Below are positions 1-9,625 of a stretch of 41,773 nt of DNA, in pieces. Numbering within the stretch: position 1 is the stretch's first letter; every line of letters begins with the position of its first letter. The position numbers and the translations under genes were made by a program. The stretch is from an uncultured archaeon (GTDB taxonomy: Archaea; Asgardarchaeota; Lokiarchaeia; Sigyniarchaeales; SOKP01): the NCBI GenBank assembly GCA_964508365.1, contig CAZDTP010000035.1:1-41773 (forward strand), given 5' to 3'. Below the pieces are notes generated by a model that saw nothing but the letters and a program-made list of their open reading frames with translations, was not told the DNA's origin and did no database searches.

Positions 1-46
1 AGATCCTTCAAACTCTCAAATTTCTAAAACTGATGATACAAAGACA

Positions 47-637
47 ATGAATTTTGAAAGAGTGAATAGTTCAGTTTGGTTAGAAAGAAAAACTTTTCGT
101 ACAGCGTTAATAGGCACATTTACAGCTCTTTCGGTGGTGTTAGGTTATTTATTGGCTTACATCCCTAATCTAGAAATTTTTACTTTAATGATTTTTTTAT
201 CTGGATTTGTTCTTAATAAGAGATATGGAGCGTTGATTGGGTTACTTAGTTCGATAATTTTTACTTTCTTTAACCCTTTAGGACCTTCTCCCCCCCCACT
301 TTTTGTTTATCAACTGATACATTATTCTTTGACGGGAATATCTGGTGGTTTGACAAAAGATTTTATGCAGAATAGAGAATTCTTTAAACCAAAAGAAGAC
401 TTGTACGTTTACCAAGTAATGGTTATATTTGGTGTTGTTGGGGGGATTCTTACATTTTTGTTCGATATCTTTAGCACGTTGTTTGGGGGATTTATAGTAT
501 CTATAACTATAGATTACTTCATAGCAACATATCTTTTTGGGTTAGTTTTTACTACGGTTCATTTAATAGGAAATATTTTGGTGTTTGTATTTCTCCTCCC
601 AGGACTAATTCAATTAATAATGAAATTATTGGATTAA
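47..637 (+). CDS. ECF transporter S-component-like membrane protein
   Basis: 196 aa, about 6 hydrophobic segments; N-terminal ALIGTFTALSVVLG..IPNLE pattern typical of ECF S components; no ECF A/T genes nearby. Confidence 0.6.
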   Translation: MNFERVNSSVWLERKTFRTALIGTFTALSVVLGYLLAYIPNLEIFTLMIFLSGFVLNKRYGALIGLLSSIIFTFFNPLGPSPPPLFVYQLIHYSLTGISGGLTKDFMQNREFFKPKEDLYVYQVMVIFGVVGGILTFLFDIFSTLFGGFIVSITIDYFIATYLFGLVFTTVHLIGNILVFVFLLPGLIQLIMKLLD

Positions 638-686
638 AATTACAGAAATATAAATAAGAAATAAGTTAAGATTGAAAGTGTGACAA

Positions 687-1169
687 TTATTCTACTTCTG
701 ATAGGAGGATAACCTTACCACCAGCGGATTCAATTTTCTCGATTGCTCGTTTCGATGCCTTGTTAACGGATATATTGATTTTATTATTGACTTCACCGCG
801 ACCCAAAATTTTTTGAACATTAAGGTCTTTCATATTAATTGTATAGGTCGTTCCTGTTTTTGTAGCAATGTTTTTCTGAGTTAAATTTTCTATTGTTAAA
901 TCAAGATCTTTAATATTTAAGGTATTTACATGGTAAATCCGCCTAATATCTTGTGGTCTTTTAAAACCTCGCTTTCCAAAGTCCCAATCAGGATCGGGAA
1001 ATCCCAATTCTTTTTGTTTGAGATAATAGGATTTTTTACTCTTTTTCCATCCGGTTGTTTTTCCTTTTCCAGCCCTTTGACCCGCTTTTCGGTGTTGACC
1101 AACTTTTCCATACCCTTGGGTACGAGTTCCTCTCAATTTTCGAATTTTTTTGGGAAATTTTCTCGACAT
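687..1169 (-). CDS. rpl15: 50S ribosomal protein uL15
   Basis: RKLRGTRTQGYGKVGQHR, FGKRGF, KILGRG, ASKRAIEKIESAGG motifs; last gene of the cluster. Confidence 0.97.
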   Translation of the reverse strand: MSRKFPKKIRKLRGTRTQGYGKVGQHRKAGQRAGKGKTTGWKKSKKSYYLKQKELGFPDPDWDFGKRGFKRPQDIRRIYHVNTLNIKDLDLTIENLTQKNIATKTGTTYTINMKDLNVQKILGRGEVNNKINISVNKASKRAIEKIESAGGKVILLSEVE

Positions 1170-1187
1170 TTTATTTAGCCCTCTTAA

Positions 1188-1727
1188 TTACATCATTTTG
1201 TGAATTAATTCGTTTATAAACTGGTCAACATAACCTAAAGTTCCGCCTTCGTGATAGTGTTTTTTGATTGTTCCCCGATGTCCTTTTCTTGGTGGGTGTA
1301 ATCGAAAGACAGGTTTGATTCTATAGACATCTTGTGTTCGATATTTGATTTCTCCAGATAAAAGCGCTTTTGAAAATTCTTTCAAATCTTTATATTTAGT
1401 TAGATTTTTAATATGTTCATCTGTGAGTGGTTTATTTCCTTCAACTTTACCTCTTGCTCTTAATAACCGTAAGAGCGTTTTTTCGTCAATTTCGCCGTAG
1501 GCAATATAATCTTTGCACTTTTTAAGCATGCCCATATAACTCGTTTCACTCCATATAAGGACTCCATGGTTTACTTTATGCATTCTTAGCATTTTTAAAG
1601 TATCTATTACTGTGCGTTTCATTGATCCTGGCGCGCCCCTTATACGTATTGCAAAGTACAACGCAGGGGGTTTCGATGTTTTAGTTTTTAATTTTTTACT
1701 TACAATTACATTATTTTCAGCCATCAT
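1188..1727 (-). CDS. rpl30: 50S ribosomal protein uL30 (archaeal long form)
   Basis: IRIRG..TLKMLRMHKVN, FRLHPPRKG, GGTLGY..INELIHKM; syntenic between uS5 and uL15. Confidence 0.95.
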   Translation of the reverse strand: MMAENNVIVSKKLKTKTSKPPALYFAIRIRGAPGSMKRTVIDTLKMLRMHKVNHGVLIWSETSYMGMLKKCKDYIAYGEIDEKTLLRLLRARGKVEGNKPLTDEHIKNLTKYKDLKEFSKALLSGEIKYRTQDVYRIKPVFRLHPPRKGHRGTIKKHYHEGGTLGYVDQFINELIHKMM

Positions 1728-1743
1728 TTACACCACTCATCAG

Positions 1744-2358
1744 TTATAAATTGAAATTAAATTTATGAGCATTCTTAAGAGCATTAAAGGTAGCTTTCAC
1801 TAGGTTTTCGCTAGTCCTTGTATCTCCGAAAGTTTTACTCCATACATCTTCTATCCCAGCCAACTTTAATACTTGTTTTACCTTATCCGCACAAACTAAT
1901 CCAACTCCTTGTGGAGCAGGAATTAAATGTATTTTGACAGAACCACACTTTCCATCTACTTTAAAAGGTACGCTATGAGTATGACCACAGCCACACTCTT
2001 TACTACCACATCCCCTAAGAACAGGTACAACTGATAATTTGGCTTTATCAATTGCTTTCCTAATTGCAGGTCCTACTTCTCGTGATTTTGCAGAACCTAT
2101 ACCTATAAAACCGTCTGCTCCAACGATAACTACCGCTTTAAATCTAGAACGTTGACCACTAGCTGTCATTTGCTGTACCATATTTATAGTTACAACGCTT
2201 TCTTGAAGCTGAGGAAGAAGAACATTAATTATTTCTTTTTCTTTTACAACAAGATTGTTCGCAAATATTTTATCTAATGTAATTAATCCGCTTTGTACGA
2301 GTTCCCCAAGTTTGGTTTTAGGAATCCATCCCTCATCAACATTTCTCTGACGACTCAT
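1744..2358 (-). CDS. rps5: 30S ribosomal protein uS5
   Basis: WIPKTKLG, VQQMTASGQRSRFKA, GCGSKECGC, LIPAPQGVG. Confidence 0.97.
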   Translation of the reverse strand: MSRQRNVDEGWIPKTKLGELVQSGLITLDKIFANNLVVKEKEIINVLLPQLQESVVTINMVQQMTASGQRSRFKAVVIVGADGFIGIGSAKSREVGPAIRKAIDKAKLSVVPVLRGCGSKECGCGHTHSVPFKVDGKCGSVKIHLIPAPQGVGLVCADKVKQVLKLAGIEDVWSKTFGDTRTSENLVKATFNALKNAHKFNFNL

Positions 2359-2370
2359 TTAATTCACCAT

Positions 2371-2964
2371 TTAAGCATTATCTTCAATTTTTTTTAATGT
2401 ATTTGAAATAACTTTACTAATTTTTAATGGGTTCACATTATTTTTTTTTAAATAACCTGAGAAAACTTGCTCGTATTTCTCTGGTTCCTCGCTTTTTAGA
2501 AGATTTGCATATCTCTCAATGTGAGAGCCATTAACAGTTTCTTCGATATTTACTGGGAAAAAGTCCTCGTTATAAGGAATCTCTAAACCAGAATTTACAA
2601 TTCCTTTAAATGCTGCCAACACCCGATTCCTGTGATAAAATAGTCCCAAATCAAGGATTGCTTCTTGCACATTTTGTTTTTTTGCTCTTGTTCCTGCTAG
2701 AAATCCTGTTAAGTATGCTGCGGGAATGTTTCCAGTATTTGCATTCCATCCAAATTTGGCTGTTAATTCTTTAGAATGAGCAGAGACAATGACCTTATCT
2801 CCTCCTAGATTAGATTGAATTATCTGTACAATAATATGATTATTTGACGCCCTAATTACAGCTCTTAATTTTTTGGATTTTAATAATTTTAGCCTTTTGT
2901 GGTAATTTGTTTTTCCTTCTGCTCTCCTTCTGAATGGTCTACGATATCTGGGTCCTTGTGCCAT
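2371..2964 (-). CDS. rpl18: 50S ribosomal protein uL18
   Basis: MAQGPRYRRPFRRRAEGKTNYHKRL, GNIPAAYLTG. Confidence 0.97.
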   Translation of the reverse strand: MAQGPRYRRPFRRRAEGKTNYHKRLKLLKSKKLRAVIRASNNHIIVQIIQSNLGGDKVIVSAHSKELTAKFGWNANTGNIPAAYLTGFLAGTRAKKQNVQEAILDLGLFYHRNRVLAAFKGIVNSGLEIPYNEDFFPVNIEETVNGSHIERYANLLKSEEPEKYEQVFSGYLKKNNVNPLKISKVISNTLKKIEDNA

Positions 2965-2967
2965 TTT

Positions 2968-3423
2968 TTATCGACCTCTTCTAATTAAATCGTTTTCTTT
3001 AATGTGACGGTTCATTTGCGCGACGCTAGTAAACATTCCGCCTTTTGCGTTTTTATATAGCTTTCTATAAGTTGCTGTAGTAATCAATTTTCGATCTCTT
3101 AATTTTTTAAGCTCCCGTCTCTGAGGGCGAATTCGATTCATCCACATTTTTTTCTTTGGAAATCGGGCATTTTTTGTTCCTTTTCGTTTTCCTAAGCCTC
3201 TAGCCCTCCCTTTTTTCTTGCGTTCATGAAGTAGGTTCTTTCTAAATTTTGAATTGCCTTTTTTATATTTTTTTATAATAATACCTTCTTTAACCAAATT
3301 GCGGATGTCTTCTCGAGTGATTGCCATTTTTATTTCATCTATTAAGTATGGATCGAAATAAACCCGGTTTTCTCCACATTTCAATATTTCCGCTGCCATT
3401 CTTTTCTGGGCTTTTAAACTCAT
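2968..3423 (-). CDS. rpl19e: 50S ribosomal protein eL19
   Basis: QKRMAAEILKCGENRV, GLGKRKGTKNAR, WMNRIR..RRELKKLR. Confidence 0.97.
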   Translation of the reverse strand: MSLKAQKRMAAEILKCGENRVYFDPYLIDEIKMAITREDIRNLVKEGIIIKKYKKGNSKFRKNLLHERKKKGRARGLGKRKGTKNARFPKKKMWMNRIRPQRRELKKLRDRKLITTATYRKLYKNAKGGMFTSVAQMNRHIKENDLIRRGR

Positions 3424-3461
3424 TTTTTATCACATGAAATTATATAATTATGAGAATTTTG

Positions 3462-3926
3462 TTAGTCCTCGTCTTCTAATAAATCTTCATCATCCAGATC
3501 TTCAATAGAAGATTTAAGGGTTGCTTCTAAACTTTCTATCTCTCCTTGCGATATTCCTATATTAAGGACTTTAAATCCTCTACTTTGAGCATAATCTATT
3601 AATTGTATTCTTTTTTTAACACCTAACTTAGTAGAAATTTTAATTGCGTGTTTTTTATTATTTAAAGTTTTCAAATCATCAATGGTTACGACTCGTACCT
3701 CTTCATATCCTGATGGATGGAAACCACGTATCTTTTTAGGTCCTCTATACCCAACTGAAGGTGATTTGACTCCTGTTTTAGTTTTTTTTCGGGTTTGTGA
3801 ATCAATTCCTCTTGCTTTTCGCCAAGAATCTTTTACTCTTACATATCTCCAAGATTCTACTCTTCTAAAGGAGGGGCGCTTCTTATTCATTTTTTTCCTG
3901 AGTTCTATTAATCTTTTTTCTTCCAT
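3462..3926 (-). CDS. rpl32e: 50S ribosomal protein eL32 with acidic C-terminal tail
   Basis: KRPSFRR, WRKARGIDS, PSVGYRGP..RGFHPSG; ends EDLDDEDLLEDED. Confidence 0.96.
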   Translation of the reverse strand: MEEKRLIELRKKMNKKRPSFRRVESWRYVRVKDSWRKARGIDSQTRKKTKTGVKSPSVGYRGPKKIRGFHPSGYEEVRVVTIDDLKTLNNKKHAIKISTKLGVKKRIQLIDYAQSRGFKVLNIGISQGEIESLEATLKSSIEDLDDEDLLEDED

Positions 3927-3941
3927 ATCTATTACCTCTTT

Positions 3942-4520
3942 TTATTTTACCTCCCAGGTAACTTGGTCTCCGCTTTGAATTTTATAGAGGTATACACCGT
4001 CTTGAAAGACTCTTGGGTCTTTCTTTCTGATTCTGCAAGCTTTTTTTATGTTCGCAGCAGTCTGACCTAATGATTCTTTATCAGGCCCGATCAATATTAC
4101 ATCCTCGCCGTCAATTTTAACTTCTACATTTTTTAGATATTTAGTAACTCTTGGAGCTCTCTCTCCAAGGAAGTTAACAACATGAATTTCCATTTTATCA
4201 GGTTTGACTTCCACCGTGCATGGAAAATGACTATAACATACTTTACAGATGTATTTATAGTTTGTTTGAACGCCATTTATTAAATTTTTTATTAGATTGA
4301 TGATAGTTTTTATTAAAGCAAGGGTTCCACTTTTTGGGAAGTCAGTAGTGAAAATCATAAGATTGTCTTCAATTGTAACCTTTATACCTCTTATATGCGA
4401 AAAGTCCTTTGTTATCTTTCCGTTAAGTCCACTTACTGTGATATGATGGTTTCCGTCAAGGGAAACAGTGACTCCCTCCGGAATTTCCAGTTCTTCTTTA
4501 AAAAATGCTACTTTTACCAT
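3942..4520 (-). CDS. rpl6: 50S ribosomal protein uL6
   Basis: YSHFP, NFLGE, KDPRVFQDGVY. Confidence 0.97.
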   Translation of the reverse strand: MVKVAFFKEELEIPEGVTVSLDGNHHITVSGLNGKITKDFSHIRGIKVTIEDNLMIFTTDFPKSGTLALIKTIINLIKNLINGVQTNYKYICKVCYSHFPCTVEVKPDKMEIHVVNFLGERAPRVTKYLKNVEVKIDGEDVILIGPDKESLGQTAANIKKACRIRKKDPRVFQDGVYLYKIQSGDQVTWEVK

Positions 4521-4542
4521 TTATCCTTACCTTTTTCCACTA

Positions 4543-4926
4543 TTAATAGATATAACATAAAGTCATTCCACCGATATGTTTTTCTTCGGCTTCTTTCATG
4601 GTCATAATACCTTGATTTGTAGTTAACACGATTATTCCTAAACCTGGTGCTGGCAGTAGCTTTCTTTCAAGTGATTCGAATTGCGAAATGTTGTAATTAA
4701 GCCTCAATAAACCAGCACAATGATTAATTTTACCTAATAGCGCAACTTTAAATTTATCTTGTCGACCATCGTCATATCTTTCAAACTCTCCGATATAGGC
4801 ATTTTGTTGAAAGATTCTAAGAACCATTTGGTTTAATTTAGAAGCAGGACTAATGATTACTTCCTTCTTCCTTGCTCTTTCTGAATTCTTAAGATTATTA
4901 CACATATCAGCTAATGTATTCGCCAT
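4543..4926 (-). CDS. rps8: 30S ribosomal protein uS8
   Basis: TLADMCNNLKNSE, YIGEFE..DDGR, LLGKIN, TTNQGIMT..EA...IGG; GAGGT SD-like motif upstream. Confidence 0.95.
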   Translation of the reverse strand: MANTLADMCNNLKNSERARKKEVIISPASKLNQMVLRIFQQNAYIGEFERYDDGRQDKFKVALLGKINHCAGLLRLNYNISQFESLERKLLPAPGLGIIVLTTNQGIMTMKEAEEKHIGGMTLCYIY

Positions 4927-4954
4927 CTTCTATACCTCATACCAAATTATAGTT

Positions 4955-5101
4955 TTAATCATATCTATAAAATCCTATATCTTTTCCAATTTCGTAAAAA
5001 CATCTACGACATATATTTAAGCCATACCTTCTTATCAATCCTCTATGAGTATGACATCGTCTACACTCTCTTTGACCTTTACCTAATTTACCTTGCGGCA
5101 T
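4955..5101 (-). CDS. rps14: 30S ribosomal protein uS14, zinc type (absent from ORF track)
   Basis: Manual translation MPQGKLGKGQRECRRCHTHRGLIRRYGLNICRRCFYEIGKDIGFYRYD*; CxxC-x12-ICRRCF motif; expected position between uL5 and uS8; alternative ATG at 5107. Confidence 0.96.
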   Translation of the reverse strand: MPQGKLGKGQRECRRCHTHRGLIRRYGLNICRRCFYEIGKDIGFYRYD

Positions 5102-5120
5102 AATCATCAATTTTATTTTA

Positions 5121-5726
5121 CTAAATATAATCTAAATCCAATTTGTCTACAATTTCGACTCCAAAATTCTTTTTCAAGAAATATTGTGCTTCTACTCGAG
5201 AAACATAGTGGTGTTTGGGAACTTTTGCTTTACTTTTTCTTCTGTATTTTACTCTCATTCCAGGTCTTACGATTCTCCCAACGACATCAAGACCCCAAAT
5301 ACCAATAATATTATCATATTCAACTCCAGGAATGGTAATATGTTCTGTTATACCAAATCCGAAATTTCCGTAATTATCAAAACTCTTTCTAAGGAACTTA
5401 TCATTGTTAACTACAAGTAATCGTTTTAGCAATTTTTCTGCCTCTTTTTCCCGTACAGTTACCATTGTGCCTATTGGGCGTCCTATTCGTAAATTGAACT
5501 CTTTAACATTTTTTTTAGAAAGAGTTTTCATAGGAGTTTTGCCAGAGATAGTTTGTAACACTGTAGCTGCTCGTTCTAATTCTTCACCACCTGCACCTAC
5601 TCCAATATTTAGTACAACCTTTTCTAAATATGGTTTTTTCATAGGGTTAGTCCACATTTCTTCAAATGTTTTCTCTTGCTCTTTTATAGATTTTTTCTTG
5701 ATTTCTTTTGCTGTTTTCGTTGACAT
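5121..5726 (-). CDS. rpl5: 50S ribosomal protein uL5
   Basis: NPMKKPYLEKVVLNIGVG, FDNYGNFGFGITEHI, GIWGLDV. Confidence 0.97.
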   Translation of the reverse strand: MSTKTAKEIKKKSIKEQEKTFEEMWTNPMKKPYLEKVVLNIGVGAGGEELERAATVLQTISGKTPMKTLSKKNVKEFNLRIGRPIGTMVTVREKEAEKLLKRLLVVNNDKFLRKSFDNYGNFGFGITEHITIPGVEYDNIIGIWGLDVVGRIVRPGMRVKYRRKSKAKVPKHHYVSRVEAQYFLKKNFGVEIVDKLDLDYI

Positions 5727-5747
5727 TTTTTTGTTCCTCTCTTAATT

Positions 5748-6500
5748 TTATTCTGATTTTGGTAAATTAATCTCCGATTGACCCTCTCCGATTATAAAAG
5801 TATAATCGTAAAGCGTTTCTGTATGTTCTGAATTATGTTCTATAGAAACTGTACTTGCTTTCGGACCAAATCGCTTTAATATTGTTAAAACTTTTCCTAG
5901 CTGTCCTATGTTTTTACCGGACATTATTATTGCTAGATTCCCCTCTTTAAATTTTAATACTTTTAGAATTTCTTGTTCTGGAATTGTAATTTTTAAAACA
6001 TCCATCCTCTTATAGATGTCTTCTTTAGGATTCTTCGGATCCTTAACACTAATAAAAATATTCCTCCCATCGTGTAAGTTTAATTGTATATTTCCCCCTT
6101 TTAAAGTAGTTTTTTGCGTTATTCTACATAGTTTGAATGTGCTTTCTGCTTCGGGAATTTCGTGCAAAATTAATCCATGATGAGAGTCCGGTAATATACG
6201 ATAATGTTTGTTCGTTTTTACGATACTTAACACATCCATTAATCCTACTGGAAATGTTTTATCCTTAACAACCTTTCCATCGACTTTAATATTCCCTAAA
6301 CCTATTAATTTTTTTGCTTCTCTGTAGTTATCAACAATCTTAAGAAGATCTCTTACGATATGTAATAAAGGCAAGCAGAATCTACTTGAATGAGGTCCCG
6401 GTGATGGGTTCATAAAGAATTTACCATGCTTTCTTTTTATCTGTAAGAATTTAGGTGTGTTCAGTCTTTTTAACTTTCTTGAACCTCCATGTCTCGTCAT
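5748..6500 (-). CDS. rps4e: 30S ribosomal protein eS4
   Basis: KLKRL..P, PSPGPH, VDGKVVKDKTFPVGLMDV, GNIQLNLHDGRN. Confidence 0.97.
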   Translation of the reverse strand: MTRHGGSRKLKRLNTPKFLQIKRKHGKFFMNPSPGPHSSRFCLPLLHIVRDLLKIVDNYREAKKLIGLGNIKVDGKVVKDKTFPVGLMDVLSIVKTNKHYRILPDSHHGLILHEIPEAESTFKLCRITQKTTLKGGNIQLNLHDGRNIFISVKDPKNPKEDIYKRMDVLKITIPEQEILKVLKFKEGNLAIIMSGKNIGQLGKVLTILKRFGPKASTVSIEHNSEHTETLYDYTFIIGEGQSEINLPKSE

Positions 6501-6932
6501 TTAATCTTTTTCCTCCACTTTTTGTTTTTTTGGACCTGTTAGTTCCTCTTCTCTAAATCCAAAGACAGCTTTTCTTTCAATCATATTTGCTCTCCATGCA
6601 TCCATCTTTTTCTCTTTTGCGAATTTTGTTATAACCATTTTTGAGATGTGGATAGCTGGATGAAATTGAGTCCCATCCGTTTTATCAAAAGTAGCTTCTT
6701 TGATTTTTGCTCGCTGATTTTTATTGATTTCGATGACCTCTCCTTCAAAATCCTTGAATTCACCTCTTATTATTCTGACTCCATCTCCCACTCTTAGGGG
6801 AAGTGTTTTAATCCCATACTCTTCTCGTACAAAATCAGCTACTCTTACTGTCAATAATTTTGATCTCTGATGGTTTTTATATTTATACAATGCTTTTCTT
6901 TGTTTTCGAGGTTGTTTTGATTTTACTTTCAT
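6501..6932 (-). CDS. rpl24: 50S ribosomal protein uL24
   Basis: SKQPRKQRK, LPLRVGDGVRIIRGEFK, IHISKMVIT. Confidence 0.96.
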   Translation of the reverse strand: MKVKSKQPRKQRKALYKYKNHQRSKLLTVRVADFVREEYGIKTLPLRVGDGVRIIRGEFKDFEGEVIEINKNQRAKIKEATFDKTDGTQFHPAIHISKMVITKFAKEKKMDAWRANMIERKAVFGFREEELTGPKKQKVEEKD

Positions 6933-6958
6933 TTCTTTTATCCCTTAATCCTTATTTT

Positions 6959-7384
6959 TTAAATGATTAACGATGAAATTGATGCTAAACGCGGAAATAA
7001 TTCTGCTGCCTCTCTTGCAATAGGCCCACGAATTTCGGTAGCTTTGGGGTCGCCTTCCTTAGTTATTATTACACCAGCATTATCCTCAAAACATATTCTC
7101 GTGCCATCTAATCTCCTATAAATCATTTTTTGTCTTACGATAACAGCTTTTAGAATATTACCCCGCAAATCTGGTCGACCCTTTTTAATAGTTACTGAAC
7201 AGACAGATCCTACTGTTGCTTTTGGCAATCTTCTTAATCGTGTTTTGGAACGATCGACATTAATAATTTGAGCGATTTTTGCCCCAGAATTATCGGTAAT
7301 AAAAATTCTCGAACCATTTTGGACACCATAACTGGTTCTAGGTTTGGCTAATGTTTTTCTTCCAAGTTTTCTTCTTGTTCCCAT
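6959..7384 (-). CDS. rpl14: 50S ribosomal protein uL14
   Basis: DNSGAK, RLRRLPKA, KKGRPDLR, FEDNAGVI, GPIAREAA. Confidence 0.97.
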   Translation of the reverse strand: MGTRRKLGRKTLAKPRTSYGVQNGSRIFITDNSGAKIAQIINVDRSKTRLRRLPKATVGSVCSVTIKKGRPDLRGNILKAVIVRQKMIYRRLDGTRICFEDNAGVIITKEGDPKATEIRGPIAREAAELFPRLASISSLII

Positions 7385-7738
7385 TTAATTCTCCGCTCCT
7401 GCTTTTAATTTATCTAAGACTATAAATGCTTTAGTTTTTGATAATTTTCTACTTTCTCCTACGCGCACTAAGTCGCCAACTTTAATATCATTGGTTAAAC
7501 ATTCTGGAAGATGGCATGCTAGTCGCGAATTGCGTCTTTCATAACGCTGATATTTCTTAACGAATTGAACATAATCCTGTCTAATTATTACTGTATTTCT
7601 GGATTTTTTATTAACGACAACTCCTTGAGTGATTTTACCTCTAATTCGTGTTTTCCCATGGAAAGGACAATCTTTATCATTACATTCACGATTTGAAGGA
7701 GCATTAACTCCTGGAATGCCGATATTTCGAACGCTCAT
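7385..7738 (-). CDS. rps17: 30S ribosomal protein uS17
   Basis: CNDKDCPFHG..RIRG, KKYQRYERR, ESRKLSKTK. Confidence 0.97.
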   Translation of the reverse strand: MSVRNIGIPGVNAPSNRECNDKDCPFHGKTRIRGKITQGVVVNKKSRNTVIIRQDYVQFVKKYQRYERRNSRLACHLPECLTNDIKVGDLVRVGESRKLSKTKAFIVLDKLKAGAEN

Positions 7739-7739
7739 T

Positions 7740-8033
7740 TTAATATCTCGACCATTTCTTTTTCTTTAAACTTCTTAATCTATTTTCTGGACTGCCAATG
7801 ATTTTCGATCCATTAACCTCTAGCATTCCATTATCAAGTGTAAATCTAAAAATATAATCTTTTTTGATATATTTTTTTATTTCATTACTTTTTTCTGAAA
7901 TTAATATATTTTGAGTATCATCAATTACCACGCCCACATCCATAAATTTAGAATGAATGGGTTTCGATTTAAGTTTCGCTTGAACTCTAAAACCTATTAA
8001 ATCGTGGTAGATCAGATATTTGGGGCTTATCAT
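7740..8033 (-). CDS. rnp1: RNase P protein subunit Rpp29 (POP4)
   Basis: HDLIGFRV, GVVIDDTQN, K....F.F, V.GSKIIGSPENR; conserved position before uS17. Confidence 0.9.
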   Translation of the reverse strand: MISPKYLIYHDLIGFRVQAKLKSKPIHSKFMDVGVVIDDTQNILISEKSNEIKKYIKKDYIFRFTLDNGMLEVNGSKIIGSPENRLRSLKKKKWSRY

Positions 8034-8044
8034 TATAATATCAA

Positions 8045-8242
8045 CTATTTATCTTCATTTTTTACTGTCAGAATCCTTGCAATTTGTTTTCTCACTAATT
8101 TCGCTTTCGCGGGATTATCTGAGATACCGCCACCAGTTTGTTGGCTGTATAGCATCATCAATTCTTCTCTTAGGGTTATTAAACTTCTTTCTCTTTCTCT
8201 TTCATCCATTTCCCGGACTTTTTTTGCAGTTATTATATCCAT
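8045..8242 (-). CDS. rpl29: 50S ribosomal protein uL29
   Basis: KKVREM..EL..L..., NPAKAKLVRKQIARILT. Confidence 0.95.
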   Translation of the reverse strand: MDIITAKKVREMDERERERSLITLREELMMLYSQQTGGGISDNPAKAKLVRKQIARILTVKNEDK

Positions 8243-8279
8243 ATTTTAGTCGCTATCCATATTTTAATTTCATATTATA

Positions 8280-9071
8280 TTATTCATCATTATCTTCATC
8301 TGTATTTGCTTCTGGTTCCAAAGAAATTTCAGAAATGTCTTCTTCTTCTACTTCTTCAAACAGTTCTTTTTCCTCTTCGCTAGGTTCTCTTGTTTCCACA
8401 CTTGTCTTGTAGTCTTTTTCCATTTTTGTTTTACTTAACTCGATCTCTTTTTTTGCTTGAAGTTTAGCTAATTCTTCGTAGTTTATTATAATTGTATCAC
8501 CCATTCTTATGTCAGCGTGCATGATTTTCACAATTATCCCTAAAGTTCCAGATTTCTGAATACACTGAGCTACTCCTTTATCTACTCCTTCTTGAGCAGG
8601 TTGACCTGATTTTTTCATTGTGCCAGCTCTAAAAACCGTCGTCCTGGCTCTCTGTGAAGTGACCTTACCTGAAACAATGATTTCTGTACCTTTAGCTCCC
8701 GATTCCATGATTTTACGTAATATATAATAACCTGCTCTCCTGTAATGTCTTCCCCGATCCAACGAATATGCTAAACGCTCTGCCATAATCTGTGCGTTCA
8801 AATCGGGATTGGTGACCTCCTCGACCTCAATCTGGGGCATTTCTAGACCAAATTGATCTTGAAGAACATCCGTAATCTCTTGAATACGCTTACCGCCTTT
8901 TCCAATTACAAGACCTGGCCGGGACGTACGGAGAGTGATTCTAACGCCGAGCGGGGTTTTCTGTATATCAACGCCAGCAAACCCAGCCCGAACGAGTTCA
9001 GATCTCAGGTATTCATTTATTTGCATTAACTTAATTCCTTGCTCAATAAAATGTTTCGCTAATGGGCTCAT
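8280..9071 (-). CDS. rps3: 30S ribosomal protein uS3 with acidic C-terminal tail
   Basis: KTPLG..ITL...RPGLVIGKGG, P.LNAQIMA, GAKGTEIIVSGK. Confidence 0.97.
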   Translation of the reverse strand: MSPLAKHFIEQGIKLMQINEYLRSELVRAGFAGVDIQKTPLGVRITLRTSRPGLVIGKGGKRIQEITDVLQDQFGLEMPQIEVEEVTNPDLNAQIMAERLAYSLDRGRHYRRAGYYILRKIMESGAKGTEIIVSGKVTSQRARTTVFRAGTMKKSGQPAQEGVDKGVAQCIQKSGTLGIIVKIMHADIRMGDTIIINYEELAKLQAKKEIELSKTKMEKDYKTSVETREPSEEEKELFEEVEEEDISEISLEPEANTDEDNDE

Positions 9072-9118
9072 AACTACTACTTTTTTTATAATTTTAATTA
9101 TATGATGGAATTTTAATT

Positions 9119-9598
9119 TTAACTTGGAAATTCGTACACTACAATTTCTACATGACTTAAATGCCTAAACTTAGGAGATGATCGACCATGAGCTCGCTGA
9201 ATATAGCGTTTTATTATTCTTCCTCTGTGTGTTGCTGCGTGAATAATTCTACATTGTTCAGTATCTAAACCTTTAAATTCTGCGTTTGATTCAACAGAAG
9301 TAAGAAGTTCATAGATTCTAGCAGCGGTTTTTTGGGGATATCTACCAGCATACCAGTTAAATTGTTTCAAGTCTTTTCTGTGAGCTTGTTTCTTTTTATG
9401 TCTTCTAAATGGTACAGATTGCTCAAGTTGAATCACTTTCTCTAGATACCTCTTGGCTTGTTCTAACTTCATACCTTTAATTACAGCACATACTTCTCTT
9501 GCTGGTTTGGGTTTTATTCGTAAGTCTCTACCCGAAGCTTTAGCTAACCTGTCCGCATCATATTTTTGTTCTATGAAAGAATAACCCCAGTTAGGCAT
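9119..9598 (-). CDS. rpl22: 50S ribosomal protein uL22
   Basis: VPFRRH, GRYPQK, SNAEFKGLD, RAHGRSSP. Confidence 0.97.
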   Translation of the reverse strand: MPNWGYSFIEQKYDADRLAKASGRDLRIKPKPAREVCAVIKGMKLEQAKRYLEKVIQLEQSVPFRRHKKKQAHRKDLKQFNWYAGRYPQKTAARIYELLTSVESNAEFKGLDTEQCRIIHAATHRGRIIKRYIQRAHGRSSPKFRHLSHVEIVVYEFPS

Positions 9599-9625
9599 TT
9601 AATATCATCTCATTTATTATTTTAA

